Shown piece by piece: positions 26,858-40,112 of a stretch of 64,000 nt of DNA. Made by a program: the position numbers and the translations under genes. Within the stretch, counting starts at the first letter, position 1. Every line of letters starts with the position of its first letter. Source of the DNA: Amoeboaphelidium protococcarum X5 (lineage: Eukaryota > Fungi > Aphelidiomycota); the NCBI GenBank assembly GCA_023515725.1, contig JALDTO010000155.1, positions 469,147 through 533,146 of the forward strand, in the 5' to 3' direction. Below the pieces are notes generated by a model. It was not told where the DNA came from and ran no database searches. It worked only from the letters and a program-made list of their open reading frames with translations.

Positions 26858-28486
26858 ATGCGCGTTCATTGTGCTGTATACCTCGCTGCTGCTTCGTTTG
26901 CTCATATCGCGTCTGCTTTTCCAAAGGTGTCGTCTGTAAATGCCCATTTAGCGCCTTTTGCTGATGCTCACCTTGCCGGTCAGTCTGATGCTGATGATAT
27001 CGTGCCTCACTCGTATCTGGTACAGCTCAAATCTGGTGTGTCCCTGGATGACCATCAGTCTTCATTCCTAGATCACTTTGATGCGGTCAATGATAAGGTG
27101 AAGGTTGGCCACTACTACAACTTGCATGAATTTGCCGGCTACTCTATTGAGGTGTCTGATCACGAATTACTGACCAAATTGCGCTCAAACAATCAGTTGG
27201 AATCTATTGAGCACGATCGTTATGCCAGGGCTGCTGACAAATAAGACTCTGCCAACTGGAATCTGAACAGAATATCTCAGCGAAAGCTTCCTCTAGGCAC
27301 ATCTTACTCTTATCCATCGAAGGCCGGTGAAGGTGTCGATGCTTACGTGGTGGATAGTGGTATCTGGTACTCTCATATTGAGTTTGGTGGTCGCGCCACG
27401 TTCGGTGCAGATTTCGTCAATGATGGCTCCACTGGAGGTGATCCATACGGACATGGTACTCATGTTGCTGGCACCATAGGAGGATTGCTATTTGGTGTTG
27501 CCAAGAAGGTGAACCTGGTTGGTGTCCGTGTGTTGAACTCTTATGGTTACGGCAGCTGGTCTTAGATTCTGGCTGGATTGAATTGGGCCGCTAATCGTAT
27601 CAAGACCACTAAGAAACCGTCAGTTATCAACATGTCCATCAGTGGTCCTGCCTCAGCCGCAGTCAATAATGCTGTCAATTCATTGATCAAACAGGGGATA
27701 CACGTCGTCGTAGCAGCTGGTAATAATGGCGATGATGCTTGCGCTTACTCTCCAGCTGGTGCTCTGTACGCGTTCACTGTCGGATCTACGGGAAAGAGTG
27801 ATTAGATATCATCATTCAGTAATTTCGGTAAATGTGTGGACATCTATGCTCCTGGTGAGTAAATCCTTGCTGCTTGGACCAACAACGATTATGCTGCCGC
27901 TTGGGATCAAGGAACCTCAATGGCAGCTCCTCATGTAGCTGGTGTTAAAGCTTTATGGTTGAGCATTAATCCAAAATTGACTTTGCCACAGCTGGACGAT
28001 ATTTTGCGCAAGACTGCCTCAGCTAACGCGGTTACTGGAATGACTGTCAATCGCAATAACCTGCTTCTCTTTAGTGATCCATCCGCATCTCTACTGGACG
28101 CGATTGACGATGATGATGATGATGATGACTAAGAAGAACTCATGACGGAAGACGCTGATTATGAGCTCTTCAATGATTACAATGCTTAAGAGAAAAATGA
28201 CAACGATCAGGAAGATAATGACTACCCTGAAGAAGAAGATTTACCTGGCCCAGATCAAGCAGAGTATCCAGAAGAAATCACCACGATCCCTCGCATGTAA
28301 GAGAGTGAAGAATCGGACAGTGCCGTGAATGCAGAAGATGATGCGTAAGATATTGATGTCGATGTTGAGTCAAGCAACGATGATGAAGAAAATGCCGATG
28401 CAGTATCAAAATATGTAACGCTGATCAAGACAAACTTTAAAGGTCTGGAGAGAAAGAGCGCACTAGCTAGATAGATTATATTTTGA
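26858..28486 (+). CDS. Secreted proteinase K-type subtilisin (S8) with I9 propeptide and acidic C-terminal extension
   Basis: Signal peptide, YVVDSG, GHGTHVAG, VVAAGN, GTSMAAPHVAG. Frame continues through a D/E-rich tail to TGA 28484-28486. Confidence 0.93.
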
Positions 28487-28725
28487 AAAATGATGTGATG
28501 ATGATGATGCAAATATACCATGTTTTATCAAAACTTAGCTGTACCATTTTAAAGCACTCAATTGGCTTTCCTTATAATAAACGCCCTTTTCCGACGCGTT
28601 TTAATGTCTCGCTAAGATTGTTTTAAGTGTGTTCTTCATCGGTGCTCGCCAGTCGCGTTCTTTTCTCGCCGTAACATTTTATTACATTTCAATTCTAACT
28701 TGCTCAGTGGAAGTATAGTACCAAG

Positions 28726-29847
28726 ATGGCTCCAAAGCAGGATGTATCACTGGACATCACTTCTGATGACGATTTTGATAGTGAATTGCAGTTTAAAAGT
28801 AACTTTATCATTTGTATTGAAGCATGTCATTGTTATGTGAGATATTCTGTATGTAGATTACAATCTGTCACCAAATTTTAGTAACATGAACAAGACTAGT
28901 GGAAACGCTGGATTTAGTAAGTTTGGACATATCTGGGTCCTTTCACCTACTACAATATGTGTCTTGTAAATGTGAATCATTTTATTGTAGTTCCTGAAGT
29001 GCAGCCGGTAGTGGATAACAGCGGATCTGCTGCCAACAAGCCGTTCTACTCCCTAGAATACTACACCCAGTTCTTTGACGTGGACACTGTGCAGGTAATT
29101 TAGATTCTACTTGGATGTTTCGATATGAATTAAATATTAATTGCCTCAAGTGCTGTAGGTGTTTAGAAGAATGTTAGCAGCTGTGGCTCCTAAGGAAAAT
29201 TTCTTTGACTTGGTGTCTGCTAACTGCGATCTATACGGTAATTATCTATTAATCAGCAATTATGTCATTAAGATTTCATGTAACCTCTTATTATGTATGT
29301 GATATGTGTAGGACCGTTCTGGATTGCTACGACTATAGCATTTCTCGTGTTTATCACTGATAGTATTGGACTCTTTTTATCTCCGTAGAACACTGATGGC
29401 CTGTTCCATTACAAGTTTAGTAAGCTTGGCACGGTGGCGATTATTCTATATTGTTATATCAGTGTTATTCCACTCGGTTTGTACTTCTTTGTGCGTTCAC
29501 TTGGGTATTAGACCAAGTTTGTTGAGTTGATTGCATTCTTTGGCTACAGTCTCACCATCTGGATGCCCCTGACTATTGTTTCGTTATTGCCTAGTAATAG
29601 CATTGCATGGATGCTGTCCATCATTGGAACGGTGATTAGTGGTGCGTTTCTGGTGCGCAACTCGTATCCTCTATTCACAGTACCTCCTCAGACTGCTGCC
29701 GGGCAATCCGGAGATTAGCCAATGAACTGGGGAAGTAGAGGTAAGGCGCTGAGTTCAGGTACTCTATTCACTGTAATTGTCTGCGGCTGCAATGTGGGAC
29801 TTGGCCTAGTGTTTTAACTTTATTTCTTTTAAAGAAGCTTGTAATGA
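28726..29847 (+). CDS. Yip1-domain Golgi protein, YIPF1/2-like (4 introns)
   Basis: YYTQFFDVDT, DLYGPFWIATT, FGYSL. Introns at about 28799-28856, 28917-28990, 29095-29158 and 29238-29311. Confidence 0.85.
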
Positions 29848-29950
29848 TATCCAGGCGTAAATTGTTTAAAAAAAGAACTATCAAAAATAGTTGTAATATC
29901 AAAATTCCTCAATATCTATCTTTCAGTCCTAAATCATATCATATACAAAA

Positions 29951-30760
29951 TCAGCCATCTCTCCTTGGATATTGTGGTGCTTCCTAAGGCCTTCTATCTG
30001 TCGCGTAATAAAAGATGCCCACACGAGGCGAATTTCGACCATACCAAGTCTCACGCCTGTCCTTTTCATTTCTGGCCTTGTCTTTGAGATCACAGTTGGT
30101 CCGATTACTGAGTATGTAACTAAAATCTGGATCAGCTTTGATTGACGCCCAGACATAGTCAGTTCTTCCCACATAACGTCGCATCCCAAAATCCAGAGCC
30201 CAGTATTCATCATAAGTCCAATCTGTTGGCTGGCGGCGAGGCCTTCTTCTCGCAAACGGACGATACGCAAAATTACCGCCAGCAGGTTGGTCATGTGCAC
30301 CTTATACTGCAGTACCTGCTCCACTTCCTCCTACATTTGGAGACTGCCAATATCTAGGCCGCTGATAGGCCGAATGAGGACTACCAAAAGCTGGATTGGG
30401 GGTAAATTAGTAATTACCATAACGTTGTTATGCTTACTGATGACTCCGTCCAATTGGAGATGGCGAGGGCGTCCTGCGTTCCTTACCGAAGCTACCAGAG
30501 AGATCGTCTAGCGCAGTTACAAACGACTCATTATCACTATCAATATCATCATCATCATCAGTCGAAGAGTAAATCTATATTAGTGGCGCCTTGCCCTTAT
30601 CTTTGCGAATATGGACAGGAGTCTCTGGAGTGATTGGTCTATTCAAACGAGGACTCCTGCGACGCTATCTCACCTCACCACCATCATTAACAGACAATTA
30701 ATTGCTACTAGAAGCTTTTCTATCAGCCGACATATCTACTCTTTTTTTCGTTTTAGGCAT
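29951..30760 (-). CDS. Telobox-type (TRF/Tbf1-like) single Myb-domain protein
   Basis: WTYDEYWALDFGMRRYVG...WASIK...RTNCDLKDKARNEK. Basic/acidic disordered N-terminus. Confidence 0.72.
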
Positions 30761-31250
30761 TCTTAGTGATAAGTGATTTAGCGACTTTTGATTCTGTTTG
30801 ATCTTGTTTCAAGTTTTGCTGGGAGAAACGAGAGTATTTGTTTCACTCCAAACAGTCAGCCACATTTAATTCTCTGATGTCTGAATTGTTGGATCCTTTA
30901 CATCCTAAAATCAAACTTTATGCGAGCAAATTATTAATAATAAGAAAACTCAAATAATTGTCTCTTCTACTCGACTATATAGGAATTGACTCGGAATAGA
31001 TCAGGTGCAAGTGAAGCACTGTGAGAATAATGAGGCACGCGATACTGAAGATGAACGACAGGTCGGCCTCCTGAAAGTTTTTCGTTTCGCCCGTCCGTTT
31101 CTCTCTTTGTGAATTTCAATTTTCAACACTCAGCGTGAGAAGAATTTCATCATTTTGACTGTTGACGAGTATTGTGCATTGTACTTGCCACTGAATATTA
31201 GATCTCTCACACATTACTACGGTTTAGCGTATTTAAGCATACTGTAATAG

Positions 31251-32828
31251 ATGAACAATTTAGGTGGAGGACTGCAGTCGAAATAGTAAATGCGGTCAGT
31301 GTCGGCGTCAACCTACTCAACTCCGCAGCTGGCGAATGTGGCTGAGTCGCCGCATGACTTGATGTCGTTGAAGTAGAAATAATCTGCAATGATGAAGGAA
31401 ATAAATTATAAATTGCATGCAACACAGCGGTATGATACAACAATGCCTCTGTGCAATGATGGCATAATTATAAATTAGAATGTGACTCTTCACAATGGTC
31501 TGACGATACCTGCTGGAACAATGTTTACCCAAATGGTACCACCCTCTTCATAATAATAATAGTAGTAGTAGTAGTAGTAATACCAATAATTAGGATTGAA
31601 CATTGGTAACTCGAATTCTGCCGCTTTTCCTGATTTTTATAGTCTACCAAGTGGTAATGGTCTTACCTTGGGCGATACTGATTGTTCATGGCTTGGTGGT
31701 TCCTCGGTATAGCTTTAAAATCGCCCGGATTATAACCAGAATCATTCTAGAAAGAGGACTATATCATCAATCACGTCGAATAATGATTATAATACACTTC
31801 TTCTTGATGGTGGTGGTAGTTGTAGTGGTGCAGGTGAAGCTGATTTGGATTCGCTCATCATGCAGCCATAGGAATTGGATTCCATAGACAATTTCTTCCA
31901 GCAGGCCTTGCATAACTAAAGTCAACTGTTCAATTAGAGTGAGCAAGAGTATTTCAGTAATTTTCTCGATGGCATTCTAGTTGGAGATGATGAGGATGAC
32001 GACAATGATAATAATAATAATAATAATGGTCAAGGCGCAACTGGTGATACATACGATCCATCTAAGAAGATTCTGCAGAAATCTAATGTTAGTAACTCTT
32101 AAAAGTTGAATGATTCTGCAATGTTTAGTGCTGGCTTAAAGTAGACAGTTGATATCAGAGATAATCCTCAAGAGAGTTCAGATGTTGTTGGATTTGAGTC
32201 TGCACTACCACAGTCATCGTCATTCGCCGATATAAATGCCATAAAGCTCATGAACACATCCGCTCTTCCTAGTGTATCGTCTGATATCAATCGCTATGTG
32301 CCATAGAGTTTATTCTAATAAGCACCTCCTCAGCGGTATTCGGTATTTCAACCCAGTGGATCACTCCTGCCTAATAGTAGATTTTAATAACACTAATTAT
32401 CATCATCATAATAGCAGTAGCATAAATTAGATAAAGAAGAGCCGGATAAGGGGCAGGTGGATGCAAATGGTCCGAAAGTAGTGCTGGCACCGCGTAAGAA
32501 GCGTCACGCATCGAGTCAATTGCTCACAGAGCAGGAGAAGCGATAGAATCACGTTCTCAGTGAGTAGAAGCGCAGATAGAACATTAAATTAGGATTTGAA
32601 GCTATTTGTCAGCTGGTTCCATCTCTGAAGCTACTACATGGCACTGATGCGTAGAGATCACAGCACAATCGACAAGGACCTCCACCAGCCAAGACTGTAA
32701 TTTTAGGTGAAGCTATAGAATTTTTGAATCAGCTGCTGGCGGAGAATTAGTTATTAGAGGAACGAGCACTGGAACTTGGACGCATATTGTAACTGCGAAA
32801 TATATAATAAACTACGCGTCACTCGTGA
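31251..32828 (+). CDS. bHLH transcription factor (INO4/MLX-like) with polyQ
   Basis: EKRQNHVLSEQKRRQNIKLGFEAICQLVP...KTVILGEAIEFL. Ten consecutive TAA/TAG codons in frame at 31551-31580. Confidence 0.85.
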
Positions 32829-33067
32829 TCTATTCATGTTGGTTGGTGGTAGTTGTTAAAAAAGGCTATTGTACGTGTGAACATTGTCAATAGTATTAAA
32901 TCATCATTCGTTTTCTTAAATTGATTGCTAGACACTTGTCATAATATGCTTTCAAAAGATTAATCAAAACAACGGATAGTGATATAAAAGAACATGGTGT
33001 ATTAGACTTCTTCATGATTATCACGATCATATAGAGATTAGAGATCTATAGCGTACGATGAATACAC

Positions 33068-33686
33068 TCAGAAGTTCAATGCAGCATTCTTAGTCTTCTT
33101 CTCACCACCCAGTTCAAAGTGCTTGCAACGCTTCAGTGCAATCTGATGCTTAACCTTACAGACGGTACATTCGAGACGGAGCACAATCTTCTTGGTGGTC
33201 TTGGCCTTCTTGTGGAAAACCGGCTTGGTCTGACCACCAAAACCAGACTGCTTTCTGTCGTAACGACGCTTACCCTATTTGAAGAGGGAGGCTTTACCTG
33301 CCTTGTACTATGTGACTTTGTGTGGCTGATGCTTGCGGCACTCTTTGCCCTTGCAGTAAGTGTTACGAGTCTTTGGAATATTAACCTACATGTAGTAAAT
33401 GACACCCCCACATAGACAAACGCATACACACACGCATTCAGTCGCTATATTCGCATCCTGTCCGATTCACGAATATGAAATGGCTAGAGTTAGATACGAC
33501 TATGAATGTGCGAGTGTATATGCATTTGCGTATGTTAATAGGTAGTCATCAATAACAATATAATCATTAGCATCCGCTACTTAACAGGGAACGCGTCCAT
33601 ATAATCTAGAATGCATGTAAATAGATAGATAATCCTCGTAGACTCCAATTATCTCTAGACGCGTCCACAATTTTAAATCTTACCAT
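33068..33686 (-). CDS. RPL42: 60S ribosomal protein eL42 (L36a/L44); ATG followed by a 298-nt intron (33386-33683)
   Basis: [12 protein letters not shown]...[52 protein letters not shown]. Two invariant Gln are encoded by TAG. Confidence 0.96.
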
Positions 33687-33980
33687 TTTATTTAATATAT
33701 ATTCCTCAATCAAATAAGTTTTAACTCACAGAAATAATGATTAAAATCTAGTCAATACTAATGTTGGTGTCGCTTAGTGAGATTTGCCTAAGCGATTTCA
33801 AAGAAAATTTTCGGTTGATTTTAACCTTAGGCGAAGGCAACGCTGTGGATCACTCGCGCGTCAATCAGTCAGAAGAAAGAAGAGAAGACGAAAGATAAAG
33901 ACGTACTGTACAGCGATAGCCCCTTTTACAGAGCATAATCATTGACTATTTAACAAGACTATTTATAACATCAATATGGA

Positions 33981-36587
33981 TCATTTTTTATTATTAGGAG
34001 AAGAGTTGGGCACCTGAGCGTTTGTATTCTGCTATGATGATGACGATGACTATGCGGCAGAAGTTGGATCTCGTTTGAGCCAGCTGCCACCAATCTTCTT
34101 CATTAGATTCTCGTTGAACTTGGATCCAGCATCAGTCACACTTGACCCGACATTCTTCAATTGAATAGAGGCCAGGCCAGATGCTATTGATGATAAACCT
34201 GACTAATTATGTGTCGGTGAAGAGGGAGCATTCTATGTCGAAGTGACAATAGTTGAGAATTTCGGAACATCCATCAACTATGGAGCATTAATCGCCGTTG
34301 ATTAAATCTTCTTCTGCAGCAGGTCCAGTAAACTTTAAGTCTCAGTCGGACTAACACCTTTCAGTTCTAAAATCTTAAAGAAGCCATCACGCAATTCTTG
34401 CAATCTTACCCGCGAAATGCCTTGAGTTTTCATTTCCTCTTCTGCGCCTTCAGCACACAGAATCAGGTAATTTTTGATGATCACATCTGGAGGTTCTAGA
34501 TGAGTGAGCAATACTTTCAATAAAGTTTCCGCTTTAGCTATGCTCTTTGTCACAAATTTGGTGAACACCGCCGATGCTGGCTGACGTTACTCAGCTCCCA
34601 TATTAGGCATATCCAACAGAATAGTCTTAATTCCGTGGGTATCCAGCAGCAATTACTCGGCACCAATCTCACTTATAGGTTTGCACAGGTGAATGTGCTT
34701 CATAAACGTTGGCACAAAGGTATCCACAAACTTATCGCAGAACCATCTAAATTGCTTGGCCGACTGAGATCCATTGATGGATATTTCGCTCTGAGAGAAT
34801 ACAAGTTTTCTAATGGTGGAGATTTAAGCCGTGAGAATTTTACCAATTTGCGTCACGTAATCTGATTAATCACCGACATTCTACATGGATGACCATGGCA
34901 ACTTGGACATGGTGACAAAATTGCTATTCAAACTTGCCATGACCAGCTTCACCATGCACTGAATTGCAGTAGTTGTCAGGAGTAGAAATGCTTCCTATTC
35001 CCTCGATAAATCAATAGATTCCTTGAATTAAGCATCCACTTTCTCTTTAATCTTCTCCTCCAACTGAAGAGTTGTACCTGAACAATACTCGGCGGTATTG
35101 AGCACCAAACAGGCCATTTTTAAATCTTCACTAGACAATGATCGTTTGTCTTCTTTTGGCAACTTTTGAGAGAGCAAATCACCAAATACTGACAGCCCAC
35201 GAGTAAATGCTTTACTCAAATCTACGAAAGCCTATCTAGTATTCAATTTGGACATGCTGACCAAAGTCTAACGATAGAAGAGAAACAAGTCGGTTGAAGT
35301 GGAGAATACTCCAGTCTGAATATCATCATCAGATATTACAGTCTTCTACTTGAACGCATCCAACAACTACTAGATTGAACGTTCCTCGGCATCCACATAA
35401 TAGCGCAGATATGGCTCAAAAGCCCCAGACACTTTCCCATCGAAGATCCTAAATTCAGGTGGAACTTCATAATTATCATTCAGCTTACCAGAGAGAAAAT
35501 CAGGATTAGAGATGGCGAGGAAACGCTTATTCAGCCCAGACTCAAATTCTAATGTAATTTATAGACTCTTGATCAGCAACTTGACGTCTATATTGCTGCC
35601 ACTCTTCACCAACAGAGATGAGATATCCTCCTTGGTCATATCACTGAATCGCTCACATACAACCTTGGATACCTCCCAGCTCTCGGGAAATATGGACACA
35701 TGATCGTCATCATACGTTTTACATAGCCGCTTAAGCCACGCATAACGTCTGGCAACATTATCCAAACTGCCCACTTCTTCGTTATATCTGAACACTGCCC
35801 TGTACTCTTTTAATTACAGCTCAGTGTACCAGTCAATCAACTGACGTCTGACTTCCGGCTCCATAGAGTCAGCCACTAAACTGATCTCTCTTAAAGTCAG
35901 AGTGTCGCCAGTTAAAGCACCTTACGTGGTAAAAGAGCTTTCAAATACACTGAAGATCAATCTCCGCAACTCTTACTGACAATTATTAACATTAACCAAC
36001 AGATCGGAAATTTGCTAAATATTTTTATAATCTTTAAACTAACCTGCCAGATCCAGCACTGCACCGACTAGAGCAGACATTCCATGATAATTACGCTTAG
36101 ACATTTCATTACGCAGCTAATCTAATCCACTGGACAGCATGCTCAACCGCTTCAACAATAATATACTACTAGTTAAATTACGCTTAGCCAAATCCAGTGA
36201 CTTGATGTCTTTCGTAATATCTTACACGGTTCTCTCAGCATGCTAAGCCTTACTCTTGATATCTTTAATCTAGTCTCTAAGAGCCAGCATTACAGACGAC
36301 ATTCCAGCAAGTTCAGAGCTGAAATCCACTGGCTATATCATCTCCTTGACTTCTCTATCAATCATATCGATTCTCCTGATAAGCAGATCTTTATAGCTAT
36401 CCAGCTATGAGAATGACTACTCATTCGGGAACATTAAATTAATGACATGCACCGGATCATCGATCTGAACTTCATTGCCAACAATAGCACTAACAGGAAT
36501 AGTAGGCATTGGAGGCGCCTTGGGCACAGCAGATGAGTCCCCCATATCGACCTTGGATTATTCCGCGGTTGCACTTGATTAAAGCAT
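33981..36587 (-). CDS. VPS53: GARP/EARP subunit Vps53
   Basis: INLMFPNEQS, DIKSLDLAKRNLT, SLDNVARRYAWLKR, LNTAEYC, VGDQSDYV, GAEQLLLD, ILELKG. Confidence 0.9.
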
Positions 36588-36983
36588 ATCAATACTCCTA
36601 TTATAGACGATCAGTAAGAAGATACACCAAACAATAAGGAACTTTCAGTAATAAGAGTTAGAGGTGATGAAACAGAAACAGAATCTCTTCATGGAAGAAA
36701 AGAATAAAACTGAGGAAAGAGCGCCGAGCGTTTCACCAACAATAACAGACAGACTGATAGAGAAAGAGAAAGAGAAACGCGTCGTTGCGCCGCAATACGT
36801 TTTGATGAAAGAAAGTGAGAAGTTTCGTTCCGTCGCTTTACACTCAAAGCAACTAAAACCCCCCAGCTGGGTCGCTCAGAAAGTGAAGACTAAGCGACTC
36901 TGGGAGAGACAGAAACGAGAGAAACGCCGCCGCCCTTGTTCACTTTTCCTTCTTGCAGTTGGCAGTGAATTTACAGATACAAC

Positions 36984-37404
36984 AGTAAGTACATTTTTAA
37001 CTATCTCCTTATACTAATAATTAACATATTTTAAATTTAATTTCATAGTGTGCAGTGTCTGAAAAAAAGGCCGTCATCAAGAACGCCGACATGAGCGATG
37101 AGATGCAGCAGGATGCTGTTGAGATTGCAGGCCAAGCTGTGGACAAGTACACACTGGAAAAGGACATGGCCGCGTACATTAAGAGAGAGTTTGACAAGAA
37201 ATACAACCCAACATGGCACTGTATTGTTGGAAAGAATTATGGATCTTATGTCACCCATGAGACTAAAGTAAGCTTTTTTATAATGTTGTTATGTTGTTGA
37301 TAAAAGGACTTGACCACTCATATGTTAAGTTTGGCCGTTTCGTGTAGCACTTCATCTATTTCTACTTGGGACAGATTGCGATCCTCCTGTTTAAATCTGG
37401 CTGA
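36984..37404 (+). CDS. DYNLL1: Dynein light chain LC8; start codon split by intron 36985-37055, second intron 37268-37347
   Basis: A|[22 protein letters not shown]...[20 protein letters not shown]|[18 protein letters not shown]. Confidence 0.93.
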
Positions 37405-37524
37405 ACACTCTCCAGCTGGTGATGGTCTGATTACGCGTAAGAAGTAATAATAAATGGCCTTTTTATGATTATTATCATTATTATTGATACCAAGTTTGAG
37501 ACTTTCATGCTACCGATCAATCAA

Positions 37525-38251
37525 TCACTGTTTCTGTGTTGATGCTGAAGGATTATCAGGTTGCTAGTCAGGATGAGCCTTCTTGAATGGTTCCAACTGC
37601 TCCAGAGATGCGTTGATTCTCTAGATTAGAGGGAACTTGGTCATGTCAACTTGAAATCTATTAGCATTATACACCTGGGGCACCAAGCATACATCAGCTA
37701 AAGATACTTGATCTCCCACACAGTAAGTACCCGCGGTCTGTTAAAGCATCTTCTCTAGCGCCTCAAATCCGGAGGTTATACACTTCTGAGCCCATTCCAC
37801 CTTCTTATCCTCCCCGACTTGCTTCAAAATTTTCATATTTTACACGGGTTGAATATCGCAGCATATAATGTTGACCAATGCGCGAACTTTTGCCCTCTCC
37901 GCCGGCATGACTGGCAATAGACGCCAAGACTCTGGCTTTCGCTCCTCCAAGTACTCCAAAATGGCCACAGACTGCGTTAGTACTAGCCCATCTATTAGTA
38001 AAGTTGGTAAGCTCTTTGCCGGATTCAGCGCGACATACTCTTCACCTTGCTACATGATCTTTATTGGTCGGTCACAATCACAAAGGTTTTCATCTATCTG
38101 TAATCGCATCACTTACCTATTCCGCCTACAATAAGTTGATAGCTCGGTATTAATATGGAATGCCTTTGAAATTTAGTGCGATTCTAACTCTCCAAGAGCA
38201 CGAAGATCTCCAATAGGAATACAACACTATTTGGTTACTAATGTCTGCCAT
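37525..38251 (-). CDS. GSTZ1: Maleylacetoacetate isomerase / zeta-class GST (intron 38050-38116)
   Basis: [57 protein letters not shown]. Confidence 0.92.
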
Positions 38252-38398
38252 TATGTAAACGAATAAGCTTCAAAGCGACTAATTTGAAGAGAAATTCTTG
38301 CAATCGCCCAACGAAACAATATAACAAAGTTAAAAAAGGCTACCTTGAAATATGTAAATTATGTGAACAATTTTTTATAATAATTAATTCGAACAAAT

Positions 38399-39364
38399 TC
38401 AGCGATCTAGTGGAAAGCTATCGGGAAATTCAAACTACTGGTTGTGCAATTAAAACGCGTCAATGGGCAGCATGTTCAACTGATATCGAGGATTAGAACT
38501 TTGGAACTCAGAAGCCTCTGCATCACTCCTATGAACGCGTAAAACAGGTAGTAATTATGGATCAATAGTATCAAGGCTTTCAATTTCATCATTAGATGAA
38601 GCAAATAGAGCCAAATCAGTTGAATCGCTCAGTGGATTTATATCAATCAATCGCACCACATTCTCCTTCATTACACAGACATCAAACACGTAATCCTTGA
38701 GATTTTAGAATGTATCGTTTAACTAATGTTAGTGGAAGTCAATTATAGACTAGCGAATATTACCAAGCTCTTACTGTGTATAATTGTAACAGACTCCCAA
38801 GTATCTTTGCGATATTCCCACTAAGGTACTGTGATGAACAATGCACCGAAACTCCATTGATGGTACGATGTTGTCATCGAATCTCTTTAATATCAAGTGC
38901 CTCAACTATCCCTTCAGAATCCTAATATCGTCATCAGATAGATTATGGTCATTTTAATAAGCCTAAGATTATAAAGTGCACTCATCAAATACATGATTAA
39001 GATCAAAATTAATACAATCAGACGCTTTCAGCATTTATATGATATCATCCACTGTTGAGCATTTAGGAGATTGATTATGGTTAATCCAGCACGCATCTTT
39101 TGGTGAGGACCAGTTGAGTTTAGGAAATACATTAGATAATTAATTGATCGCCTGTTGTATTCTATCCAACGTGGGTTTAATATTGAGATATTAATCACAA
39201 TCTTTTTCCATATCAGATGGCTATAGGATACCATCTTGGTTCAAATACTCAATAAATGACGCGTCTAATTCAATGATTTCATACTCTCCACAATTATGTT
39301 TAAGCTTTGGTAACCATTTATGAGCACTACATTGTAAAACTTGCTCCCTAGTTGTCATAGGCAT
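38399..39364 (-). CDS. CDC123: CDC123 (D123) ATP-grasp eIF2 assembly factor
   Basis: FIEYLNQDGI, VFPKLNWSSPKDACWI, LIKSSDFI, EFRCIV, ISQRY, LIDINP. Confidence 0.85.
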
Positions 39365-39533
39365 TTGATATTAGGGATTCTAATACATTGCCTGGGGAGT
39401 TTTTTTTTACAAAGATTTCACCAAGTGGTGAGAGAGCATGTCAATCACAAAGTTGGTCAACCAAACGCTCGTTATAATTATCAAACATAACATATTCAAC
39501 TTTTTATAACTTTTATTCCAAATAATAAATAAA

Positions 39534-39992
<459 letters not shown>

Positions 39993-40112
39993 TTCTCTTT
40001 ATAGTTGAGAAGAGATCTGAAGGGCTGAAGATAATAAATTAACGGATTGTAGAAGACAAGATGTAAATATAATGATTTTATTAGAGCCACAGTATACGGA
40101 TTATGATTAGAT

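Noticed and set aside
33119-33429. Two 98-aa ORFs in the track
   Set aside because: Antisense and off-frame shadows of RPL42.
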